From NCBI GenBank assembly GCA_051294905.1, contig CM119382.1:10664001-10728000 (forward strand): a stretch of 64,000 bases of DNA, read 5' to 3'. Source of the stretch: Botryllus schlosseri. Taxonomy: Eukaryota. This document shows, one piece after another, positions 26,690 through 38,300 of the stretch (within the stretch, counting starts at the first letter, position 1; every line of letters begins with the position of its first letter). A program made the translations under genes and the position numbers. The notes under the pieces are model-generated. The model had not been told where the DNA came from. It did no database searches and was given only the letters and a program-made list of their open reading frames with translations.

Positions 26690-28009
26690 CTAATAAGTAA
26701 TAACTAACTTTCTACGATATTGTTACTGCGTTATAGGTGTAAAGATAAACTTTTGGGCGCCGTTTGCTGTCTTTCAATTTGCCAGCATCCGCAACAATAT
26801 AGGTTGCGCACTACTACGAAATGAATTGGACTTACCTAGCACGATACTAAACTACATTCGGCCCTGTAATTCATAATCACTAATCGTTAGTATGATATCA
26901 CAGCAGGCATGATTGGTAAAGGGCGGGGTTTTCATATCAGCGAGCTACCATGAATAATGAATATACTAGAATACATGGTTGCTTCTAGAGGACAGGAGCG
27001 TTTACCACATTGTCCGATCATCGAGTTGATTGTAGGCTTACGATACATACGAATTTATTCAATACAAAATTGTTGCACAGAACATGAGCAGTTGAGCACT
27101 GAACAGCGAGGCCACAATGTGGTCATCGGTTCAGCTGAAATCGTCAAGTTTTTGGTGCGTAGATGGGAATCGTGATATTTAAAACAGCTTAATATTAAGA
27201 TACATCCGAAAGATGAAAATCAACATTAAGATGCGCAGCCAGAATCGAGTAAGAATCTTGATTTACAATAGCATATTCCGCAGTAAAAATACTTCTGATG
27301 TCGACAGAACAAGCCGTTACACCCGAGCTTTCGTCATTGTGTATGTAAAATATGTTTTCTCTTGTTACATTTAATGTTGTATACTCGATATGATGTGTTC
27401 ACATCGCTAAATCATATGACTGCTTTGGAATCACCATTCGCTCGAAAGTCTCGATTATGCATTCAATATACTTGGAACATTCCTACGTTAGAATATCAAT
27501 GCGATGACAAGTTCAATGTTGAAAAATTTCAAAAGATAAGGCAATCGAAAATAGTTTCAGTTACCAATTTTGGATTGTTTTATATCCTCTTTGACATTGC
27601 GTATGTAATATGTATTGCTTATTCGTCCTCAGTGTTGCGACAGACGTTTTGTTGACCACGAGCTAGAGCCCCAACAGCACCATCCATGTAATCAGGAGAT
27701 TTGGCTCCATCGATTTTATTACTTATCGTGACATTGCTAAGAAGCGGGGCGTATGCGCCGTTCGTGTCGCCAAAAAATGCCGTGACCGCGCACTTGAAAT
27801 TTAAGTACTTACCATAATCAAAATTCGATGATGGTCTATGAGTTGTCGCCGGGAAGGTATATTGTCGCATTGAAACCAGCCAGTCCTAAATTTCGTACAT
27901 CACTATGAAGTATTCTTCATTTAGAGATATAGCAATCTAATCACACTTTACCGCACATCGGTGACTTTGTTTAGTGTATAATTGACCCTGCGGCTGAACT
28001 CGCGGGAAG

Positions 28010-29224
28010 ATGGAGATTCATCCCATTTTGGAATGCGCTGATAATATTTCGGAAGGACTATGGTACGTCATATCTTCGGAAAATGCTCCCGAGGCACGAG
28101 TCGGCATGGCATGTGTATCAAGGATCGATCAAAGCAAATGCGAATCGGAAGTATTCCTGATAGGAGGAGCGAATCCTAGCACTACGTTTGGTGATGTCTA
28201 TAAACTAGATTTAAGGACATTCTCTTGGTCGAAAATATGCAAGGATGGGTTTCGTCCAAGGTATGAGCATACTGCTTTCATTCCGAGCTCCACTCCTAAA
28301 ACGATTTGTGCATTTGGGGGAGCTGATGAGTCTGGAAATTTGAATTCTGTGCAACTCTATGATATAAAAAGTGGTGAGTGGTCGGATTTAACTGCATTAG
28401 AAAACACACCATCGCCTAGAACTATGCGCAGTGCAGGATGGGTTGGTGACAAACTATATGTGTACAGCGGAGGCCATCAAGGTGCCGATCCAGTGACAGA
28501 TAAGGTTTTGCATGTATTTTGCAATTCAAGTAAAACTTGGTCTGCACATCATCTATCTGGAGATATTCCGTCTCCTAGACATGGTCATGTAATGGTCATT
28601 CTAAATTCAAAATTGTATATCCACGGTGGAATGGCTGGTGTCAATTTTTACGATGATCTTTTCCAAATTGATTTGACCGATTTTAAATCATTGCCATGCA
28701 AAAAAAGAAAGATTTGGCCATGTGCTAGAGCAGCGCATAGCATTACTACATATGGTAATAAACTGTATATTTTTGGCGGTATGTGTTTAAAAGGAGCTTT
28801 AGATGACATGTATTCTTATGATGATGTTACCACTTCTTGGACTTTGATGAAATTTGATTGTCCCGCACCACCGCCCCGACTTGATCATTCTATGGTGTGC
28901 ACAATGTTACCTGTGAAAAAGTCATCTGAAAACTGTGAAGAGGGTGTTACAATGTCGGAAATATCACCAGACAAGAAATCACTTCCAAATGCCCAGAAAC
29001 CCAACATTGTAGCGATTGACGACTGGCAGGTATCCGTAGATGGTGCCACTGAAACTGTTGAGAAATTAGATTTGAATTCATCTTCTGGTGATACTCAGTC
29101 CACCGAATCTGTAAATGTTGATCCAAATGATTATGAATTCGTTCCTGTATGTATTGTCATGGGTGGAATGGATACCGGTGGAAATATTTTCAATGATGTG
29201 TTTGTGACAAAGATGGTCGGTTGA
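28010..29224 (+). CDS. RABEPK: Rab9 effector protein with kelch motifs (p40), single exon
   Basis: 404-aa ORF with kelch repeats and RABEPK-specific strings: GGANPS, PRYEHTAFIPS-TP, PSPRHGHVM, HGGMAG-FYDDL, GALD-MY, P-RLDHSM, GGMDT-G-IFND. AATAAA at 29490. Confidence 0.93.
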   Translation: MEIHPILECADNISEGLWYVISSENAPEARVGMACVSRIDQSKCESEVFLIGGANPSTTFGDVYKLDLRTFSWSKICKDGFRPRYEHTAFIPSSTPKTICAFGGADESGNLNSVQLYDIKSGEWSDLTALENTPSPRTMRSAGWVGDKLYVYSGGHQGADPVTDKVLHVFCNSSKTWSAHHLSGDIPSPRHGHVMVILNSKLYIHGGMAGVNFYDDLFQIDLTDFKSLPCKKRKIWPCARAAHSITTYGNKLYIFGGMCLKGALDDMYSYDDVTTSWTLMKFDCPAPPPRLDHSMVCTMLPVKKSSENCEEGVTMSEISPDKKSLPNAQKPNIVAIDDWQVSVDGATETVEKLDLNSSSGDTQSTESVNVDPNDYEFVPVCIVMGGMDTGGNIFNDVFVTKMVG

Positions 29225-29570
29225 ATGCAAATTATACTTGATTTGCAACTTTGCCATGAATCGTAGTGTGGAATGAATTTGGGAAAAAAATGGTTTTCAA
29301 ACTAATTTTTAGTACTCGAAAATGTGTCAGTTGTGTCAATATGTGTCAATTCTAGTGTAAAAAGCTAGCAGACTTTAATACTGTTTTGTGCTCATGCCTG
29401 TGTTCATTTAAATTTACCTCAGAACTTTGATTCTTTATAGTTAGCTAGCTAAATCCGTTTTTGAGAGGAAACATTTTTCTAATCATCTGAATAAATTTCA
29501 ATTTGTTGTATTGTTTAAATGTATTCCGCTCATCGTCCAAAATATGAAGATTTGACAAGATGCTCTATAC

Positions 29571-30164
29571 CAGTGGTTCCCAACGTGGGCGATATCGCCC
29601 CCCAGGGGCGATTTAGCGGTCCAGGGGGGCAAAAATGACGAAGGGGGCGACAGGGGGCGAAATTATTTCCGGGCCTTACATTTTCCAAGACAGCTCACTC
29701 AGCTTTACCGGTAAATCTGAATACATGAGCAGAGAGAGGATAAAAAATTGACAGCAATATATATATGCAATTCCCGATCATATTGACCGAACCATGAATG
29801 ATAGAAATTTTTCGCGCCTTGCGCGAATTAAGCCGACTAACTAAAGAGTCCAAGAATTTGTGCTGAGAAGTAGCGGTAAAGAGGTATCGGGGGAGTTTGG
29901 TCTGAGGGGTGCAAAGTTTGCTCTATCGCCCTATGGTGGGGGGTCAAGACCAGAGTATTGGGGCGGGTGGGGTGTCGAAGTGCTGTCACGGTCTTTTGGG
30001 AATCAAGTCGTAGAAATCACTTTTTTTGTTAATCAACTCACCAAAATTTAGCTGGAAAAGTGTAATTTCGAGGTCGAGCCGAAAAGTTGACCTTTTTTAT
30101 GGGGTGATGATCGGCGTGGAGTTTGAAAAGGGGGCGATGAGTCGAAAAAGGTTGGGAACCACTG
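29571..30164. mobile_element. Non-autonomous hAT element (594 bp)
   Basis: TIR CAGTGGTTCCCAAC / GTTGGGAACCACTG, perfect 8-bp TSD CTCTATAC, GGGGCGA subterminal repeats. Confidence 0.9.
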
Positions 30165-32330
30165 CTCTATACTTTGAACTTATCAAAACTAGAGTTGGTT
30201 GGTGTTCAAATATATATTGCTTGTAATTTGAAGAATATGAATTCATGGAATAGTTTTCAAGTAAATGTTGCAGATACGGTAATCTAATTGAATAAAGAGA
30301 TAGTTTTGTCGAGGTAAACATTTTCACCCGATGTTATACTTCGATACATATTCTGTGATTCTTGGCCAAGTTTTATGTCATTCCATGTCATTCATTCTAT
30401 TACACTAAGTGGGTTTCTTGGTTGTCAAATCTTGATGATCTCGTGCACAATATCACAAAATGCAATCATCTCAACTCAATCTATTCATTTTGCATTGAAG
30501 CCTCTATTGTAAGAAATTTTCTGGGTGTTCTGTATGGATGTCTCATTAGCAAAATACTATGAATTTTACAATTTGTAGCCTACTGTGTGATTTGTTGCTT
30601 CTGAATTAGTTGATTTGTAGTGGTAGCTGGCTTTATTATTGTTTGTATTTTATGTTTTAAACACTGACACTGTTTTTGTACTGCTCACAAACTAGTGACG
30701 CTTTGTTACGACCAATATTATATTTTTCCAGGGCATTAGATAGAATTGAAACTAATTGCTTTTGAGTTGGATAGGAGGGACCAGCAAGCAGCCAATACTG
30801 ACTTGACAATTCGAAGGTTTGTGGTGAATTGTCGGTTTTTCAGTGCTTTTGTTGTACCGAAAATTTGCAGTGGTATTTTTGTTTGTGTGATTTGTTTTTT
30901 GCATGAATTTGAAAACATCAGTGCAATGACTAAGATTTGGCAGTGTGATTGTTGGTAGAAATTCTTCGATGTGCCTCCAACTGTCTTGATTCTTTACTAT
31001 GTCATGACGCTCCCTGTGCTCAAAATACTTGATCTACAATCCTAAAGAATTTACTAAATTTAGGAGATGTGAGGAATGTAACACTTAGGAAATTTTTCAT
31101 CAAGTGGTTTAGAAGAACCGGGTTTCAAGGTTCACTGGATATCCAGCTCAATCGTAGTTTTAAACCATTGTAGGAATGACAGATTCTTGAAGGAGAGGTC
31201 TGTAATTACAGTAGGTCTGAAGCACTCACAGTCCAATACTGCTCTGTGATTACTGAAGAAATTACCCCGCCACTGTCTGCAACTAGTTGCAGCGGTTTTG
31301 ATAGTGCCAATCATTATTCTAAATTACTTTGATTTTCCTTTGGCGGGTGGGTTATCTGCTGTACGGAGAAATATGTTATCCCGTTCAATTCAATCCATCG
31401 GGGACTAAAATATGTGCCGTTGGTCTGATTGTAGTATGTATCTAGTTACAACTCCTGAATCAATTATGCGATGTTTTTGGTATATACGGTATTGTCTTAT
31501 AGTTACTGGTACATTCGGATTACAAGGCTTGATTTCCCATACAGAACTGAGAGAGTATTGTCTTGCTGTGTTTGTGGAGATGTAGTGAGAATGTTGAGGT
31601 TTGAGCGTAGTATTTTTAGTAAAGTGTGATTCTTAGCTGCGTGTAACAGCATATTGCAGAGTTGTTGTTTGAAGAAAGCCTGTTGTTTTTCTGTGAATAA
31701 GTTGGTTGTTTGTAGGTAATATTTTGAGCATCCTCGATAGATACTTAGACAGTTGTGCTCCATCAGTTAGTCTTTCAAGCGACAGCGCATTGTTCTGCTT
31801 ATTGCATTAATAAACGCTATTCTAACAACTGCATCTGGCAGTGATGATATTCTTCATGGTTTCTAAGTTGTGTGCATATACCGAATGAGCATGAAATTCA
31901 TTTTCTTCAGCTGACTTGTTATATGATAATTGATATGGTAGCAGCTAGTTTATTACTGAGTGATGAATTGATTTCTGTTCTTATGGGCCAACACATTAAG
32001 TGTTGCGACATCTGCATGCATCGAATAATCGAGAGACCAATTCATACTAATCCATTGATATTTTGACGTGAGTGTAATTACTTTGGCAGGCGTTATGGAT
32101 TTTATATTGCATTTATCGATATTACAAACTGTAGCAAGTCAAAATCATTGATTGTGTTGTAATAACATTCACTGTAATAGAAGGAAACTCACTGTGACAG
32201 TAATACCAAGGGAATTCATTGGGCTTTATTGTATATATCAATGGACTTTTGAGATCTGCGGAATGCATGATTAACCAGTCTGCTCTGTTACTGTCTTCTT
32301 TTAGTGCCTTCTTTACTCCTGTAGGCTATC

Positions 32331-35300
32331 ATGTCTGTATCCAGTGACCGCGAGCCACTAACCCATCACAACTATCAGAATAGTTACAATAGCAGTCACT
32401 ACAGCGGTCAGGGAAGTTACTATGATGACGACGATGATGACGAAAGTAGTGCCTCCATTCTCGCTTCTGTAAGAGAGCAGGAAGCCCAATTTGAGAAGTT
32501 GACCAAAGAAATTGAAGCCGAACGCAGCACTGTTTCGCGGCAGCTTCAGCAGAGCCGTGGCACGGGGGATACCCCTGATAGCGATACCGAAGAGCCGTAT
32601 TCGTGGCGTCAACACCCCGTGCAGGTAATTAGTGGGATTTCGACCGTAGCCGATGCTTGACATGTAATTACGAACGAAGAGGAGAATTTTAGGTGCCCGG
32701 CAACGTGATCAACATCTTAATCTGTATTCACCCGGGATATTTCCACTCAAAATAACTATGCACGCGAATCACTTTGATCACGTTGGTTATATTTACAGTT
32801 GAGAAACGGAAATCATAACTGTAGTATAAACTGGGGAACGTCATACCGGCGATTTTCCTTGGATAATCCTTGTGTTTATGGTATTTACGCTTGCTTCCCG
32901 TACGTATCTCCCGATGGGGTATATATAAGATTATTCTGTCTCGCAAGTATTGAGATCATTGTTGAAGCTGTTGTCGAGAGCATGGAAAATCAAGTCCTTG
33001 TTTCAACGATTAGTGGCACTTATGTTCCGCTCAACCCGAATACTCGAAAGCCAGGGTACAGACGACCGTCTTTTATCCAACTTTTGAGTCGTTGCGATCA
33101 GGATAGGCCAGGATTTGAAAATAGTGCGTTTGTGTGGGATGAACCGGCGGCGCGTTACCCGGCTTATTCATGCTCACAAAAGTATTTTGAGTATAGAAAC
33201 TATGATTCAGTAAGTTGGAGATACTGTAATTTGCCAACCTGTATAATTTGTTCTAATTACAAGTATGGATATGGATTTGTGAATGTTCGATTGAATGAAA
33301 GCGCACTGTGTCTGTATATTTGCAGTAATGAATGCCTGGATAGTATTTGCTAAAGGAGTAGGCCTACTTGTAAATTTACTGTATTGTAGGGCGTTTCTGT
33401 ATCATTTGAATTTATAATTCAATTTCAAGGGCTTCTGTGATTTTTTGTTGGACACAGTACTTTTTATATGATGCATGGGGTAAAGTTGTCAAAAGCGATT
33501 CATTTGTGTCACACTGTGATTTGTTCGTACTACGCTCACATTGTGCCTGTGACTCAACACATTTTTGTCGCGTTTTTCATGACTGAACAAAATTTTGTCT
33601 ATCATGTCCATAATTGGAGATGCGTAAAGGTAAATTCTATCTAATTAGAGTCTTAGGTTTATGCCTCTAGGCCAATAGCTGTCTGTTCTTGTTAATAACT
33701 GTTTAGAGAGCTTTGTATCAACTGTGTTGTAGGTTAATGTGGTTGCAACTTGGTTTTTGCCCTCTGGCTTGTAACATGCAAACATTTCCCTTCTATGTTT
33801 AGAGCTCATCACATGTATCAGATGGGAGTTACCATTCACAGCCAAGGATAGGTGACAATTCTTCACATACTTCAAGATCAGTAAGTTTCAATATAATAGC
33901 TCAGCATGGATACGCCGCTATTTCCATATTTCATAGTTGCATATGTCACAAACCCCACTCCATTTGTATGGCTGCTGAAATTGATATGCTATTGAGAATT
34001 GCTATACAATTGATTCGTATGGGTTGGCTTAGCTATTGTTATGAGGCTATTATTGTTGCTGTGCCTTACCTGCGCTAATTTTGTACTTGTTATTCACGAT
34101 TCACATAAACAACCAGAATATTGGTTTGGGTTTGCACCGGCAGAGTTTGCCCGAATTTTGAACTCTGCTTGTAATGCTGTACACTACAACTCTGTACGAT
34201 TCTGAATAGTATAAGGAGAAAGTCTATACTGACTGATTATGAGTAGGTGGTGTTTGTGAAGAGGTGATGTGGAAATATCGAGTATGTGTCACACCTGGTA
34301 TGCTATCGCGGGAATGTTTTCTTGTGCTGGGAATCGGTTCTTCTTTTTTTGTATGGTACCAACCTATTGCCGTGCAAGAACCGTAACCATTTGAAAAAAT
34401 TTTCACAAGAAAATATACTACATGTTTTACACAATGAAAGCTTTTGCCAGTTATCAGTTGTTATTTGTCAATATATAAAATCTCCGACGCGTATACCTAT
34501 GTAACCTGATTTATGACACCGTTGCATTATTTGCCGGTGCCTTCTTCCGCATCTCCCTTGTTTGTTCGCAAGAGCGAGCGCTATCTCTCGCTATGCAAAT
34601 GCCGTTTAAGTAAACTGTATTTACAGAACTCGTACATTCAACCACGTGCAAATATGACGGACCCATATCACAGCCCAAACGGCGGTGACATATATGTCAA
34701 GACAACGAGGCACGAAGACGTGCACGAGCCGCTCATCTCGTCAGAAGTCATAGTTGACGACGACGGCGTTGAGAGAACTCTAACGGTATGGAGCCGTCGC
34801 CATTTTATTCAACCCTACAACACCGTGCAGTACATGGTCGGCTCTGATTTTTAGAAAAAGACAACCAAAAAAACGGTCACAACGCATACCACCAGGAGAA
34901 TCGAAGAGTATGACGGCAGTAGTTTACCGCGGAGTGATGCATCAAGGTGGGCGATAAATCCTGTGCAATGCGCAGCATGAGTGTGTCCATTTAGTTTGTC
35001 GTAAGCTAATAGGTAATAACTACAATCACGCTAAGATCTGTAAGAATAAAGAAATGGTACCAGACATAGTTTTCTGCAAGCGAAGCGTGGTGGTCGGTCA
35101 AGTCTTGTGCAATTATGATGAGTCGTGGTTGAATAGGGAGACTGAGACACATTAACACAACAAAAGTTGAGATGTATCATTGGGAACATGTTGGGGACTT
35201 GGGCAAACTGAGTGCAATTACGTTGGTGTCGTTTTACACTTATTTGTATAGGACTAGTAAATTGTAATTAATGTCAATCATGATTTCCTTGTGTGTGTGT

Positions 35301-38300
35301 TTTGTATTCATATCCTGTATTTTGTGGTATACTAGTTCTTGTTGATGTGGTCTCTGGATAGTGATCATACAGTTCTCGTTTCATTATAGTAACAGATTTT
35401 GAACTTGTTGATAACCAATTCCTGGTTTCGTGTTTTCAGGCCGCACTACAGCCCTAACAAAAACCACCGAGGTTCCAACTCTGATCAGCAGCATCTGTTG
35501 AGGGGGTGAGTAGAGCTGGTGCGTTTTTGTGACGTGATCGGCAATGCTAATCTTATCGCCGCTTCAGAGCGTCCTCGCAAAGCAGCTCCAACAGCGACTT
35601 GAGGCCGAGTCACGAAGGCCCCGTCGGGTACACGAGACCCCTGGACCAGAGTGACGGACGCTCCATGACCCCCGAGAGACTGCACCCGGAGGAATACGGT
35701 CTCACGGACGATAGGTAATCCCGCATTTGTTTTATCGTGATTAATATCAAAAATCTGTTCCAAGAAAAAGTACCTTTCCAACTTCGTACTCTGTTTATGT
35801 ACATAGTCTTGTGCGATAACCTCATCTATTTAACCTGGTGTATTGAAATTGTCAAAGTAATCAGTGTTTGTACTCGACTAGAAATATATATAGCCTATAT
35901 AAGTTGAAGTAGCCATTTCAAAGACATGTGATGAATTGAGAAGTAGGCATGGTCAAGGGGCTGTTGATCAGAGGTGACTGTGATCGAACTGAAACTTTAA
36001 TTTTCAAAAATATATATAGTTACAGTGACATGAAGAATGTTTTGCCGAGTTCTTATTACAATTTCACCCATTTTATAGTGATACAAACACGATCCCAAAC
36101 TACTCTCTAGCTCATGAAATTTAATGTGTAAAATGTAAGTTATTTTACTTTATAGTAGAGAAGTGTATGTGGTCTTACAAGATAACTATTTGAGTAATGC
36201 AAATACTAGTTGAGTACTCCAAAAAGTATTTTGTTGCTGACCACTTGTTGAAATCATTGACTACTCTGGTTCACTGTCGAATGACTGGTTTCATTATATT
36301 TCTCCGCGTTAGCTAGATGGTAGGTGTTCGAATGTCCATGGGCTGGAATTTTCTACATCATGACAGTGGCGAGGCGAGTATCTGATATTTCATTCTCTTG
36401 TTCTCAGACAAAGCGATTATGGCGAAGATGAAGACGGTTACGGCTTGGGGCCGACCCGTGCCAGATACAACGATTACGACCGGGAATCTTCAAGATCCAG
36501 CAGTCCAAGACAGTCTGAAAGGTCGGTACACGCAGTCCCTTCTACAACGTGTCTTGCGGTCGATTCAACGCCTGTTATTTCCTCAGATACGACCCGGTAG
36601 AAAAGATCATGAGGGACGAACAGCCTGTCGCGGCCCCCAGAGGCACCCCAGTAACGAAGGCACCGCTCGCGGAGATGGAAATGGGAAGCCAAGCAAGCCT
36701 TGATCGGTGAGCGGATATCTTGATGCATAGTTACTTTACCGCGTCCTTTATAACTCTTGCGGTCACAATCTCTTCTAGCGAGTTATAACAGTTTTATTTG
36801 AAAGATGGTTTGGTGTTCAGTTTTGAACATCAGTTTAAATCTTGATCTGTAAATCTGCTACCAAAGTTCATGATTTCGAACACCGTTTTCTGCACAGACT
36901 CAACAGACCCACGGATTGGCGCAGGCCGGAATTGAAAGAGGTTATTAGAATGTTGAACTACCCAATGGATCAGGTTCAAGAGAACGCTGCCGGATACTTG
37001 CAACATCTCTGCTATAATGACAACAACGTGAAGGCAAACGTACGCCGTTTGGGTGGGTGTTCGTTTTGGATCCTTGAAATTGAATATTTCCCTCATGCAC
37101 TTGCTGATTTGTTTATTTCCGCTTGTCACAGACGGTATTCCGCCGTTGGTGCGTCTGCTGGCTCACGAAAATCCGAGAGTTCAGTACAACGCGTGCGGGG
37201 CTCTGCGTAATTTGTCTTTCGGCCCGCAGAACAACGAAAATAAGATTTCTATTAGGAATTGCGAGGGCGTGCCGGCCCTGGTGCGACTTGTAAGGGAGTC
37301 GAAAGACCCGGACGTGAAGGAAAAGGCGACAGGTTTGATTTTGTGCTGTTGCGTCGCTTCTGGCTGTTTTGCAAGCTCCCGATATGCAGGGACTTTGTGG
37401 AATCTGTCGGCCCACAAGGATTTGAAAGGGCAGATTTTGGAATTGGCCATGGAGCCATTGGCGTCGTTTGTAATTGTTCCGTATTCCGGCTGGCACGAGC
37501 AGCAGAGCACAAAGGTTAAGAAAGTGGACCTGCCCGATATTCTCACCAACGCTCTGGGAGTTATTAGGTACGTGGTTGACTGTGAATTGTCTCTTTGTAG
37601 TAATAGGTTAATGTGGTTTTGCTAGGGAGAAACGCTGTTTTGAAATAGATTTTGGGCGTTTTTTATGAATTAGGCAAGGGATTTTGATACCAATGACAAA
37701 TCGAAAGGAAAAATTTCTTTCAGTAATAGCCGTTTTATTGTCTTGAGATCGGTTTTTGCCTAATATATGCATTACCACCTCCCATCATTCCAGATTTTTT
37801 CATGCTTTCCTACCTACGTATATCAGACAATTTGTGGGATTACGTCATCCCATGGGTAGTGAACATGCGTTCACCCATGACGTTCTGTATTAGGTATTGT
37901 TTGTTACGTGCGATTCTCGTGGGTGTCACAGTATGAAATAGATCCTTGTTAGCTAACGTATCCGAATGGGAGGAATATCTGCGGAGTGGGATTTGGTTGA
38001 CGGTGGCTTGAGATTGCTGATTATGCCATCGTTTGTGTCAAAATCCTATGTAATGTCATCAGCAAACTTACAAACTCTTGCTAAGACTTTATGCACTATC
38101 CCTATTTCAAATGTGCCCGCACCGTGGGTGAACAGAGCATTCCCTGTAAATAATAGGTGTATAATTCGGGACATGAGTCTATGGATGATTATTATCAATG
38201 CCGGCTTATTTATTGACAATGTGCCGCACAGCGAGAGTATATGAAAGGTCTCACGAATAAGACCTGCTCATATTCATATTTCTCATTTTTCTTTTCGTAT

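Noticed and set aside
27619-27885. Minus-strand ORF or exon (27885-27813, GTAAGT donor) head-to-head with RABEPK
   Set aside because: I could not build a downstream exon chain or recognise homology. It is not PPP6C, the human head-to-head neighbour. A non-coding divergent transcript is not excluded.
37843-37886. Hairpin ACGTCAT..CATGGGT..GTGAAC-ATGC-GTTCACCCATGACGT as a miRNA precursor
   Set aside because: The stem is too short and bulged, the loop is only 4 nt, and there is no other support.
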